From Octopus vulgaris (taxonomy: Eukaryota), in assembly GCA_951406725.2 (NCBI GenBank), contig OX597825.1:16120001-16184000 (forward strand): a DNA stretch of 64,000 nucleotides, written 5' to 3'. Positions within the stretch are counted from its first letter, which is position 1, and the number at the start of each line of letters is the position of its first letter. Under the pieces are notes generated by a model, which was given only the letters and a program-made list of their open reading frames with translations, was not told where the DNA came from and ran no database searches. Position numbers and translations under genes: made by a program. Below are positions 28,073 to 40,520 of this stretch, one piece after another.

Positions 28073-28774
28073 TTTAAAATAAGTCAAAACATAAAAATTG
28101 AGGTGAAAGAACAACAAACAGGGTGTATAAGTTTTATGCTCTGGAAAAATGGAAGAAGTCTTTAATGTTTTGAGCCTATGCTCTTATACAGAGAGGATGG
28201 GAGGGTAGAGAAAATGATGGGGTGAAAATAAATGTGTATATAATCAGACAGACAGATAGATAGAGACCAACAGACAGATAGATAAACAGATAGATAAAAG
28301 ATGGACAGACAGACAGATAGATAGATAGATAGTTAGACAGATAGACAGACACACACACACACACATAAATGACCTTTTTATCTTTGCTTAACTTTAACCA
28401 TATTACTGCATGAGAATGCTCCTATGCTTCATAGTTTTCTGGTAATTGTTGGTCTAGTTTTTTTGTTGTTGCTACGGTTGTACTCATTACTGCTGCTCAT
28501 TGCTTTCCTATTACATCTGACCTCACTCCAAACTCTTATGGCTATCAAGTATTGATTTCATTTTTATTTAATACTAAATTTCTTTTTTTTTTGTCCATTT
28601 CCATGTGAATATGATTTTTTAGAAAGAAAGAGTAATATCATCTTAAGCGTTTACTTAAGTATCATAACTATCTTGTTTCATTCTCCCTTCCTTGTACGTA
28701 TATAATTCTCTCTCACTTTCCCTATCATTATTACCATCGATATCATTATCACCATCACCATCACCACCACTACC

Positions 28775-28809
<35 letters not shown>

Positions 28810-29053
28810 TACAATCATCATCATCATCATCATCACTGTCACCATGTTGGGTCTGCATTACGTGTTTTAATGAACTAAAAATATTTTCCCCTGAATATGT
28901 GCTGCTGAAATTGGAATGCATCTTTTGTGCCATCACATATGATATGTTATAAATCTGGGGTCCCCTGGAAGATTTAAGCTAACCTTCACACATTCACCTG
29001 GTAAATTATTCAAGACAGTTAGGTGAACTTGGACAGCATAAAATAATGGTTCT

Positions 29054-29655
29054 ATGATCAACTATGTTGACTTGTTAAATAGTGTTCCCTATCATAGCAT
29101 CAGGTTAGTTGTTGGAGACTTCAATGCCCAGTTGGATAGTGTCGGATATGGAATTTTCTCTACTGTTGGACTGCATGATTCTGCTAATAACACAAATGAT
29201 AATGGTAAAACATTGCTAATGCTAAGCAGCTTCTATGATGTCAGCATTGGTAATGCTTTCTTCATTCACAAATTAATCCATAAGACAACATAGATTTCGT
29301 TTTTGGATTTGGTTTGCAAGATTCTTTATATGAGTTTGTGTGTTGAAGCATATTCTGTTGTGTCTGGGGAGAGTCATTTTCTTTTTGTACCTTATAATTT
29401 AACACTCTCACCGGTAAGAAATAAGTGGAAATTTTACCGGTGAGTGTGTTACATTATAAGGCACAATAAGAAAATGACTCTTCCCAGACACAACAGAACA
29501 TAGATTTCACCTAGCAGAAAATACACAGCGGATGTGATTGAGTACATTTGCATCATTATGAGGTGTTGTTCATTACTACAAGACATTAGTACATGGTGTG
29601 GCGCAGATGCAGGTTCGGATCATAACTTTTTCATGAGCAAGTTTTGTTTTAAATG
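29054..29655 (+). pseudogene. Decayed LINE APE-type endonuclease fragment, interrupted by a hairpin insertion
   Basis: Motifs VVGDFNAQ, NDNGKTLL and FIHKLIHKTT; after the insertion, ISPS...IEYICI...LQD...GADAGSDHN. Confidence 0.85.
29299..29496. mobile_element. Fold-back insertion with a target-site duplication
   Basis: Direct repeat aacatagatttc at 29287-29298 and 29497-29508; inverted arms 29353-29417/29434-29498. Confidence 0.8.
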
Positions 29656-29735
29656 AAAAAATAAAAACTGAAAATATCGAATGCAGTGTGCCCATGGGCA
29701 ATAGAAAAACTTAAGCTGTGAGATATTTCAACCCA

Positions 29736-30040
29736 GAGGCACATGGCCTAGTGGTTAGAGCAGTGGACTCGCGGTCGAGGGATCATGGGTTTGAATCTCA
29801 GACCGGGCGATGTGTGTGTTTATGAGCGAAAACACCTAAGCTCCACGCGGCTCCGGCAGAAGATAATGGTGAACTTCTGCTGACTCTTTCGCCACAACTT
29901 TCTCTCACTCTTGCTTCCTGCATCTTGCAGCTCACCTGTGATGGACCAGCATCCCACCCTGGTGGGGAACCTATACGCCAAGAAACCGGGAAACCGGCCC
30001 TTATGAGTCAAGCATGGCTCGAGAAGGAACAAACAACAAA
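29736..30040 (+). mobile_element. tRNA(Arg)-like SINE family C
   Basis: gaggcacatggcctagtggttagagcagtggactcgcggtc head; - strand copies at 13570-13871 and 14580-14792; partial copy at 58910-59118. Confidence 0.8.
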
Positions 30041-30229
30041 AAAAATATTTCAACCCAGTTCTATGAAGTGACAAAGAAAATGTTCCAACTCCAAAAATTA
30101 GTAAAAGATGGTAAAAAATCATGAGGAACAGTGGAGATTGTTTTAGTGAGTCATTCTGGCCTGCATAGCTGTGCTGGGTAGACGAAGGGGAACCACCACC
30201 ATTACTTGAAAGGTTGGGTCTAATTAATG

Positions 30230-30660
30230 CTGATGGTATTTGCTATAAAGCCTAATTAAATAAGGAAGTGAGAAAAGAAGTTTATGGAATTGTTGCTTCT
30301 GTTAGCAATAAAAAATTTCTCTATTTGTCTGAAAGGCTGATTGTACAAGTAAATATAAGAAGTGTGTTGTGGTGTATGGCAGTGAAATATGAGCATTGAA
30401 TGTAGATGATATGCAGGTCTTGTAGAGAAATAAGACAAGGACAATCTTTCTGATGTATAATGTTAACATGCATGAGGAACTGAGCAAAGTTGAGTTTAAG
30501 AAAATACTTTGATAGAAAGACATCAAAGTATGTAGGAGTGGTGACTGCTTTGTTATGGACATGTGACATAATGTGAAAAGATAATGATTGATTGGAGACA
30601 AAATGTTTTAGATTGTTGGTGGAAAATGTTCATAGAAGAGGAAGGTCACATTAGTATTTG
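30230..30660 (+). pseudogene. Highly decayed RTE-like LINE ORF2 C-terminal fragment
   Basis: Degenerate match to the KGRLY...HGSETW...RWMC...RLRWYGHV region; a related copy lies on the - strand at ~10080-10430. Confidence 0.55.
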
Positions 30661-32925
30661 TGAAAAAATAATGTGATTTTAGGATGGTGAGCTTTAGAGA
30701 TGATGGGAGGTGAAGTCAAGCAGAGAAACATTATGTAGTCTGTAACAAAGACTACAATGACAGAAAAAGTGATCTGATGCCATCAAGGGAATCAGTTCAG
30801 ATGTGTTTGTAAGAGATATGTGTCTGCATCAGCAATGATAATGGGTTGTTGAAGTCATCAAATTTCATAGCCAAAGTTGAGTGGCATAAGTTCCTGCAGC
30901 TAGTTGACTTTAGCTGTGTCACAACCACTGGTCAGTTAAAAAAACAACCCATCTATAGACTAGATATGGTCTGTCAGAGAAAAGACACCAAAGACAAAAT
31001 TGTTAATGAGATTCCTATATGTTGTTTATCTAAAAATGTTTACAACTGTGATTCTAATGTGTTAGACATCTGCTGTTTCTATTGTGTTTTCTCTGGTCAA
31101 TTAGCTTAATGTTTTTACCAGAGTTCTAAAGGGTTGGTCACTAATGTCATCAATCCTTGACAGAATTTTGTGTAGTGTTCATAATTATTTTCACATCTGA
31201 AAACAGTGATTACAGTTTGAACTCTTAGACAGTCAGTTAATGTTTGGGACTCAGCCAATGTTTCTGCTACAAATCTAAGCCATAGCAACTGAGAAAACAA
31301 ACATAGGTGCAGGAGTGGCTGTGTGGTAAGTAGCTTGTTTACCAACCACATGGTTCTGGGTTCAGTCCCACTGCGTGGCACCTTGGGCAAGTGTCTTCTA
31401 CTATAGCCTTGGGCCGGCCAAAGCCTTGTGAGTGGATTTGGTAGACGGAAACTGAAAGAAGCCTGTCGTATATATGTATATATATATATATATATATGCG
31501 TGTGTGTATTTGTGTGTGTCCCCCTAGCATTGCTTGACAATCGATGCTGGTGTGTTTATGTCCCCCGTTACTTAGCGGTTCGGCAAAAGAGACCGATAGA
31601 ATAAGTACTGGGCTTACAAAAGAATAAGTCCCCGGGTCGAGTTGCTCGATTAAAGGCGGTGCTCCAGCATGGCCGCAGTCAAATGACTGAAACAAATAAA
31701 AGAATAAAAGAGTAAAGAGTATAGAAATATTTATGATTATAATAATAATAATAATAATAATAATAATCAATTATTTCCCAAATGAGTTGATGTAATGTTT
31801 AATTCCATAAAGACATAATTAGTCTCTATTAAACTTATATTAACTCTATTTAACTTTGGTTGATAGCCGAATCATTTCATTAAAAAGATTAAATTATTAA
31901 TTCATATTCTGTGTGTTATCAGATGTAATTATCATTATGGTACCAACTTGTTTACTGATGTACTATCAATTCTGTTGGATATTTGGTTTATTTTGATTAT
32001 AAAAAACAGAAAAACAACTTGTTGATGTCTATGTACACTAATAGATTATAAAGTGTTGATGACAACAAAACGTAATGGGAATTATTTATTGATTCCAAAA
32101 AAAAAAAAAAAATAATGTTTGGACATTTCCTACCAAATCATAATACTTTGCTCTATGTTTTATAGTTTTATATAGTGGACTCTGTCGCGGTGAAGTCTGC
32201 TAGAAACTAACTCAATCCATTATAAATTTCTATTTCTTACTTCAGACACTTTGTACCACTTATCTCACCAATCCTATCAAGATAGGCTTGACTAGTACAC
32301 TATATCACATTGTTTCTGCATATAAACCTGTGGGCATATACCACTATTATATATATATATATATATATAGGCATAGGAGTGGCTGTGTGGTAAGTAGCTC
32401 GCTTACCAACCACATGGTTCCAGGTTCAGTCCTACTGCATGGCACCTTGGGCAAGTGTCTTCTACTATAGCCTCGGGCCGACCAAAGCCTTGTGAGTGAA
32501 TTTGGTAGACGGAAACTGTATATATATATGTATGTGTGTGTATATGTTTGTGTGTCTGTGTTTGTCCCCCCAACATCGCTTGACAACCAATGCTGGTGTG
32601 TTTACGTCCCCGTAACTTAGCGGTTTGGCAAAACAGACCGATAGAATAAGCACTAGGCTTACAAAGAATAAGTCCTGGGGTTGATTTCCTCGACTAAAGG
32701 CGGTGCTCCAGCATGGCCACAGTCACATGACTGAAAAGAGTAAAAGAGAATATAGGCTAAATATGGTCTGTCAGAGAAAAGACACCAAAGACAAAATTGT
32801 TAATGAGATTCCCATATGTTGTTTATCTAAAAATGTTTACAACTGGGGATATACATATGCATATACATAGTTTACTGTTCTGTTAAAATCAACAACAAAA
32901 ATGTACTCCATCCAATGAGAGATAG

Positions 32926-33169
32926 ATATCGTTTAATGTACATTGTATAAAGATAAGAGCTACTGACAGTTTCTTGTTATGGAAACGTGACTAGACAGGG
33001 TTTTATAACATGCCTTGTGTCTCCAAGATTATAATGTGCCTTGTGCATCCAAGCCTGAAGATTGCTTGAAGACACAAGGCACATTATAAAAACTTGCCTA
33101 GCCACATATCTTCATGGCATGAAAACTATTAGTAGCTCTTATCTTTATGCAGCGTACATTAAATGATAT
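32926..33169. mobile_element. Diverged fold-back element with hammerhead 3' half (GAAA CTGTCAG TA on the - arm)
   Basis: Arms ~32926-33027 and ~33065-33169 are inverted, with a nested hairpin ttataatgtgccttgtg/cacaaggcacattataa. Confidence 0.65.
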
Positions 33170-33589
33170 ACATATATAACTGACCAGCCATATTTGACCA
33201 TCATCTACTAACCATTGTCATCAAGGAAGCCTCTATGTAGTAACTTCACCTGCTAGAAATAGCTGACAAGTCTCCCTCGTCATTAAAAAAAAATAGGAAG
33301 GGCACATTGGGTAATGTAGTCCAAGATAGTCAGTACCCAAGATAAAGACTGAATGGTCACAGCTAGAATGCTTTTCATCAAATACCTCTTTAATTAAGGA
33401 TGATGTGAGCTAAACGACAATTACAATTGTTTGGTCCCCATCATCTAATTAATGTTCCTTTTCTTTTTATAATTGGCCTCGAATTTTACTTCTCTCGTTT
33501 GACTCTTCTTATTAACTGTCATTTGACTGATATTAAATAACTAATTTAATCTACATCATCTGAATTATGTCCTAATAGTTTCCTCCTTT

Positions 33590-34155
33590 ATTGACCCCTC
33601 TCATTTGATCTCTCTTACTTGACTCACTCATTTGACTTCTCTCATTCAATTCAGCCCTCTCATTTCAACCCTCTCGTTTCACACCCTCTTATTTGACCCA
33701 TTCTAATTTGACCCCTCTCATTTGACTCCTTTCATTTGACCCCTCTCGTTTGACTCCTTTCATTTGACCCCTCTCATTTGATTCCTTTTATTTGACCCCT
33801 CTCATTTGACTCCTTTCATTTGACCCCTCTCATTTGACCCCTCTCATTTGACCACTTTCATTTGACTCCTTTCATTTGACTCCTTTCGTTTGACCCCTCT
33901 CATTTGATTCCTTTTATTTGACCCCTCTCATTTAACCCCTCTCATTTGACTCCTTTCATTTGACCTCTCTCATTTGACTCATTTCATTTGACTCCTTTTA
34001 TTTAACCCCTCTTATTTGATCTTTTTTACTTGACCCACTCTCATGTGACTCCTCCCTCTCATTTGACCCCTCCTACTTAACTCTTCTCATTTGATCTCTT
34101 TTACTTGATCCAATCTCATTTGACTCCTCAACATTTGATCCCCCTTATTTGATCT
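33590..34155. repeat. 14-bp minisatellite (tttgacccctctca / tttgactcctttca)
   Basis: About 40 degenerate units with alternating variants, upstream of the 34443 acceptor. Confidence 0.9.
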
Positions 34156-34442
34156 TCATCAGGTACCCACAGTTTCATATAACCATCACCATCACCATTA
34201 ACACTTAACCTATATCAAATAACACTAGTCATTATAATTTGATCCACATCATTTGAACTGTGTTTATGTAGTCCCCCCACCTAGACCTTCATCATATCCC
34301 ATTGTTTGACCTCTCTCAAATTATCCACCATTTGACCTGAATCAAGTTCTTAAAGTTTCATATAATAACCTAGCATGAGTTGACCAATGTCAGTCAAGCT
34401 TCTCCTTTCACATCTCTGATTCTTTTCTTCTCTGCATTCCAG

Positions 34443-34703
34443 CCTCGGTCTACTGTCGTTAGCTGCACTGGTTCTCGTTGGTCTGTCACTACAGCTGCTG
34501 TTTGTGCTGTACCAGGAACAGAATGCAGTGCAGCTGGGCCATGTCTACCTGTTCAACAGTACCAGTAATTACAACGACCTCCTGGAAGTGACAACTGCGC
34601 TCACCACCCTAGTCATCATGCTCAACGCGTGTTGCCTTATGGTGTGTGCAATGCAGTGTTTTTTCGCTTCCAAGATACTTAACGTCAATCAGGGAGACCA
34701 AAG
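34443..34703 (+). CDS. TMEM221: Internal exon of a TMEM221/Jiraiya-like four-TM membrane protein (TM1, loop, TM2)
   Basis: Polypyrimidine acceptor ttcttttcttctctgcattccag| and donor AAG|gtgagt. Open frame (x)LGLLSLAALVLVGLSLQLLFVLYQEQNAVQLGHVYLFNSTSNYNDLLEVTTALTTLVIMLNACCLMVCAMQCFFASKILNVNQGDQ(R); phase 2-2. Resembles, from recall, human TMEM221 [21 protein letters not shown]...LAALVLVLGFTCLLL. Confidence 0.88.
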
Positions 34704-34780
34704 GTGAGTGGACATACTTCCTTACGCTTGGATTGGGTGTACTTGTGTATGGGTGTATGTATGAGCATGTATGCGTGCGT

Positions 34781-34904
34781 GTGCATGTGAGGATGTGTTT
34801 GTCTTTGTGTGTGCATGTGAGGATGTGTTTGTCTTTGTGTGTGCATGTGAGGATGTGTTTGTCTTTGTGTGTGCATGTGAGGATGTGTTTGTCTTTGTGT
34901 GTGC
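34781..34904. repeat. 30-bp tandem repeat x4
   Basis: gtgcatgtgaggatgtgtttgtctttgtgt, four perfect copies. Confidence 0.95.
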
Positions 34905-37900
34905 CTGTAATTTGCTGTTCTTGTTAACGATTGATGTTAACATGATTTGTTGTTGTTGTGTTTGCTTCTACAGTTGTTCACATGTCATCATCATCACCAT
35001 CATCATCATTGTTTAACGTCCGTTTTCCATGCTAGCATGGGTTGGACTGTTCGACCGGGGATCTGGGAAACCAGGAGGCTGCACCTGGCTTCAGTCTGAT
35101 CTGGCAGTGTTTCTACAGCTGGATGCCCTTCCTAGCGCCAACCACTCCGTGAGTGTAGTGGGTGCTTTTTACATGTTACCGGCACAGGGGCCAGAGGAGG
35201 CTGGCAAACAGCCACAATCAGTTGGTGCTTTTTACGTGCCACCAGCACGGAAGCCAGTCGAGGCGGCACTGGCAACAGCCATGTTCGGATGGTGCTTTTT
35301 ACTTGCCACCGGCACTGGTATCACAACTACAATTCCCATTTGATTTTTTGATCGATTTCGATTTCACTCGCCTCAACAGGTCTTCGCAACGTTGTTGTTT
35401 ATGCTGTTTAGCCCCAGGTCTATCCATCATTAGTGGAGGTGTGTGGCTTAGTGGTTAGTGTGTCAGATTCACAATCACAAGATTGTGGTTTCGATTCCTG
35501 GACCGGGTGATGCGTTGTGTTCTTGAGCAAAACACTTCATTTCATGTTGTTCCAGTCCACTCAGCTGTAGAAATAATTACCACTAATGGATGTGTGTCGC
35601 TTAATGGTTGGGATGTTGGATTCCCAACCATAAGACCATGGCTTCGATTCCCCCAAAATTGCAAGCCTTGTGCCTATAATTGAAAGGCTTATTATTATTT
35701 TACTAATTAAATGGGGAGGGAAGATCTGCTCACATGATACTTTGTTTTTGTCTGGGCCTCAGAGATTAAGGGGAGAAAAGAAGGAAATTCTCAAGCCAAA
35801 GACTTAGCCTGAATGTTTTAAAACTGAGGGAATTCTACAAAAGTTACCCAAGGTGATATTAAACTGGGTGAAGAATCATGTCATCCATCAAAGACCTCCT
35901 GTTACAAGGTCCAGTCCTTGTGGCAGCAGTGTGGTGATTTGTGTACTTCAATGACCCTGAGCATGTCCAGTAAGTTTACTGTCACCAATTCACCTATTTT
36001 TTTTATTAATAAAATAGTTTTTTAACTATCAATGGTAAGATACTGTTTATGTATTTTCTTGGTAACCTTTCCTCGCAGTAAACTTTTCTTATGGTGAACT
36101 TTCTTCATAGTGAATTGATGGAGGCAAACTTTCCCTGTGGTGAACTCTGAGTTTCACAGAGGCTATGACGAAAGACCGGGACCTCTGGAGATATGCTGTG
36201 ACTTCAAAGACCCAACAAATGAAGTGAATTCATGGCTCGCAGACATCCTGCTGTGTTAACCTTGGATCGTAGAGTGACCCACTGTTCTCGAGGAGACCTA
36301 TTGAGTCAAGTACATCAACATCAAAATAAAAATTCAAATTGAAATGGAAATTGCAGTTAAGACACCCGTGCCGGTGACACGTAAAAACCACTGTCCGAAC
36401 GTGGCAGATGCCAGCGCTGTCTGGCTGGCATCCGTGTTGGTGACATGTAAAAGCACCAACTGATTGTGGCTGTTTCCCTGTGGTGAATTGATGGCAGTGA
36501 ACTTATCTGTAATTGACCCTGAGAGTAATGCCACCCTCCTGATGGAGGGCTTCCTATCCTGGACAGGTCAAAGGATAGGAGCCTGACTAACATGGACCAC
36601 CTCTTCCAAAAGTAAAATATAGATTTGTGTAGGGCCAACACTCCTACCTAGAGAAAAAAAAATGCAAATTTATTGAAGCAGCAATCATGATTCAAAAATG
36701 CTAAGACCTGAGAGAGGAATGCTGCTCCTTGGAAATATATTATGCAGTGCAGAGAAATCTCAAAAGAAGCCACAAATCTAATAACCCACAAGAGAAGCAG
36801 AAGAGAGGATACCGTAAAAATAACTGGAGGTGAGATACTAAGGCAGAACTGAAAAAGCAGGGATCAACTACAGAGGTGCAGAAAAGACTGTCCAGAGTTG
36901 AGAGCAGAGAAGAAGAGTTATTACACTGACCTATGCTTCATTGGTAAACTCATACTTTCTCAACTCATACCGGCTCATATGGGCCGGTTTGCATGGCATA
37001 TATATTCCCCACCTGGATGGGATGCCAGTCCATCGCAGGATGACTCCTTTTTGCCAGCTGAGTGGACTGGAGCAACATGAAATGAAGTGTTTTGCTCAAG
37101 AACACATCATGTCACCCGGTCCAGGAATTGAAACCACAATCTTATGATGATAAGCCCAACACCCTAACCACTAAGCCACATGCATCCACATGTACCCAAA
37201 AACCTAAAGTGCAAAGGACCGAAATAAACATCACGAGGTATCTCACCTGACAGCAAGCGAGCTGGCAGAAACGTTAGCACACCGGGCGAAATGCTTAGCA
37301 GTATTTCGTCTGTTGCTAAGTTCTGAGTTCAAATTCTGCCGAGGTCGACTTTGCTTTTCATCCTTTCGGGATCGATAAATTAAGTACCAGTTACGCACTG
37401 GGGTCGATGCAATCGACTTAATCCGTTTGTTTGTTCTCTCTGTGTTTAGCCCCTTGTGGGTAGTAAAGAAATAGGTATCTCACCTGATACCTGTTGTTCT
37501 GCCAAACCCCTACCCTGTGCTACTACTTGACTTTTTTTCCCCCAAGCTGTATGGAAGACAAAGATAACCTTAGCAAAATCAAATATTGGCTTCAAATTTT
37601 AGCACAAGGCCAGCAGTTTGTGGATGTAGCAGGACCAAATTGATTAAATCAACCCCAGGGCCCAACTGGTACTTATTTCATCAACCACAAAAAGGATGAA
37701 AGGCAAAATCAACCTCAGTGGAAGCAAAATCAAATATCACATGACATTTTGTTTTACGCACTAATGACTCCACTTATTTCCTAGTGAATACCAGTAATAC
37801 GCTGGAACTCTCTTTCTCTCTCTCTTTTCTCTTTTACTTGTTTCAGTCACCCGACTGCGGCCATGCTGGAGCACCGCCTTCGGTCGAGCAACTCGACCCT

Positions 37901-38097
37901 GGGACTTATTCTTTTGTAAGCCCAGTACTTATTCTATTGATCTCTTTTGCCGAACCGCTAAGTGACGGGGACTACCGCTAAGTGACGGAACTGAATCAGT
38001 CTATATATGTTACTTGACAGTCAACTTGTAATAAATATTTTAGTTTTCTTTTTGTTATTTATTTATTTATTTGTTTTCTTTGTTTTTTTCTCTTCAG

Positions 38098-38183
38098 AGC
38101 TTTTAAGTACCTGAAAGAATGTTCTAGTAGTCGTTTTATTGCTGTGACGGGCTTCTTCGTGTCAATCCCGACGTTTCTTGTGG
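38098..38183 (+). CDS. TMEM221: Internal exon of the TMEM221/Jiraiya-like gene (TM3)
   Basis: Acceptor tttttttctcttcag| and donor G|gtaagt. Phase 2 in and phase 1 out match both neighbours. Encodes (R)AFKYLKECSSSRFIAVTGFFVSIPTFLV, similar to the recalled TMEM221 segment [28 protein letters not shown]. Confidence 0.9.
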
Positions 38184-38599
38184 GTAAGTGTCAAACCAAA
38201 GACCAAACACTTCATCATCTTTCTTTCTTCATAGTTACCACTTTGTAATGTACACACACCCCCAACACACACACACACAAGCACACACACCAACACACAC
38301 ACCTCAACACACTTCCCAAACACACACACCCCAAATAAACACATACACACACCCAGCACACATACACACACACACCACACACAACACACTTACACACACA
38401 TCCAAGCACACATACGCACACACACACAAGCACACCTCAACATACACACCTCAACACACACCCCGATGCACACACACCCAAATATACACACACGCATAAC
38501 CAACACACATACACACCCAACACACATCCCAACACACACATACACCTCAGCACACACACTCACACACCCAACATACACACGCCCAACACACACACACAC

Positions 38600-38652
<53 letters not shown>

Positions 38653-39074
38653 CACACACACACACAACACAACACACACACACACAACACACACACACAC
38701 CCAACAAACTGCCTTATATATGGTATTTCTTTAACTCTAACTCCAGCTACTCCTCCTCCTCCTACTACTACTACCATCATCACCACCACCACCACCATTA
38801 CTACTACTACTACTTGCATCACAAAAACAAATGCAATTATAAATACAACTAAAATGTAGCCCCAATCATTGCTAGTAATCCCATCAGTCCACCACCACCA
38901 CTACCTCTCCCCCACCATGGCTATGTTGTTACTGTTTATTCTCAGTTCAGCCCTGAATGAGTAAACCTATCAGGAAAGACATACCAATTATGACCACCCT
39001 GTCTTTTTTCCCATATGCAGAAGACCCACAACCATAATTTTGGTGATGGAATTGGTGATAGTAGTATTGCTGAT

Positions 39075-39440
39075 GGTCATTGTGGTGGTGGTGGTGGTTG
39101 TGGTCGTTATCATCATCATGGTGGTGGTTGTCATCATGGTTGCGGTCGTGGTAGTGGTGGTCGTCGTCGTCATCGTTGTCATCGTCATGGTGGTGGTGGT
39201 GGTCGTCGTCGTCGTCATTGTCATCATCATGGTTGTGGTCGTGGTGGTCGTCGTCATCATGGTTGTGGTCATGGTGGTGGTGGTGGTGGTCGTCGTCGTC
39301 ATCGTCATGGTGGTGGTCGTCATCATGGTTGTAGTGGTCATGGTGGTCGTGGTGGTTGTGGTGGTGGTCGTCATCATGGTTGTAGTCATGGTGATGGTGG
39401 TCGTCATGGTTGTGGTCATGGTGGTCGTGGTGGTGGCCAT
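39075..39440. repeat. Compound (GTG/GTC/ATC/ATG)n trinucleotide repeat
   Basis: Source of the poly-V/T/GGH ORFs; similar tracts at 1120-1430 and 11330-11645. Confidence 0.9.
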
Positions 39441-39951
39441 CAAAACAATACTATAAATAGAATAAATCCATGAATTAACCAAAATCTCTATTAATAGATT
39501 ACTGCAGTATCTCCTGTGTTTAATTATTACTGGCCAAACATTTCACTGGAATAGAATTATTGGAATTCCTTATTAATTTATTCTTTGAAACACAATGGAA
39601 ACGTTTATATTCTTTGTTCATATCCTTCTTTTAAAATTTAAAATTTTACTTCCATTTAAATGACACACTACAACAGAAAACATTGCAAAAGAATTCCAGC
39701 CAAAATATTCTATATTTTCTGTATATCATTGTTGTTGTTGTTGTCATCGTCATCGTCATTTAATGTCCATTCTGCTTGCTGACATGGGTTGGATGGTTTG
39801 ACAGGAGCTAGCAAGCTGCATCGGGTTCCAACTGTCTGTTTTGGCACGGTTTTCTACAGCTGGGTACCCTTTTGTCAACCACTTTACAACGTGTACTGGG
39901 TACTTTTTACATGGCACATTTATGTATATTGATACATATATGTATATTGTT

Positions 39952-39999
<48 letters not shown>

Positions 40000-40003
<4 letters not shown>

Positions 40004-40228
40004 TAGTTATCGCCAAGCTAACATGGCAGTCCAGAAGGATAGGACGAATGCTGCCGTTGATTAGCTCCAAGAGACCATTGCCTCTAGCTAGCTATGTGAC
40101 ACACAAACCTGTGTCCATTATAACCTTCGAACAGGGGAGGTCAGCAGCTTCCCCTTGCTGGATAGCACAGGATGAAATACAAAGATGGATGAGATTTATA
40201 CTGTACTCTACTACGTTCTTAACAGAAT
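40000..40228. repeat. Dispersed (TA)n-associated repeat; second copy at 61772-61932
   Basis: atagttatcgccaagctaacatggcagtcc...ggggaggtcagcagcttccc is present twice, each time directly after (TA)n. Confidence 0.8.
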
Positions 40229-40416
40229 ATAACATATATATATATATATATATATCACACCCACTACACTCTCAGAGTGGTTGGTGTTAGGAAGGGCATC
40301 CAGCTGTAGAAACTCTGCCAAATCAAGATTGGAGCCTGGTGCAGCCATCTGGTTTGCCAATCCTCAGTCAAATCATCCAACCCATACTAGCATGGAAACT
40401 GGATGTTAAACGTTGA

Positions 40417-40456
<40 letters not shown>

Positions 40457-40458
40457 TT

Positions 40459-40520
<62 letters not shown>

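Noticed and set aside
30846-31109. 87-aa Cys-rich ORF
   Set aside because: Non-ATG start, partly duplicated at 32751, and no recognisable domain or splice support.
31115-31770. Recurrent peptides such as VYQIHSQGFGRPEAIVEDTCPRCHAVGLNPEPCGW and LDALPNANHS
   Set aside because: Antisense translations of SINE families A and D, not a protein family.
33590-34904. CRISPR-like appearance of the short repeat arrays
   Set aside because: Head-to-tail units with no unique spacers, eukaryotic context and no cas genes.
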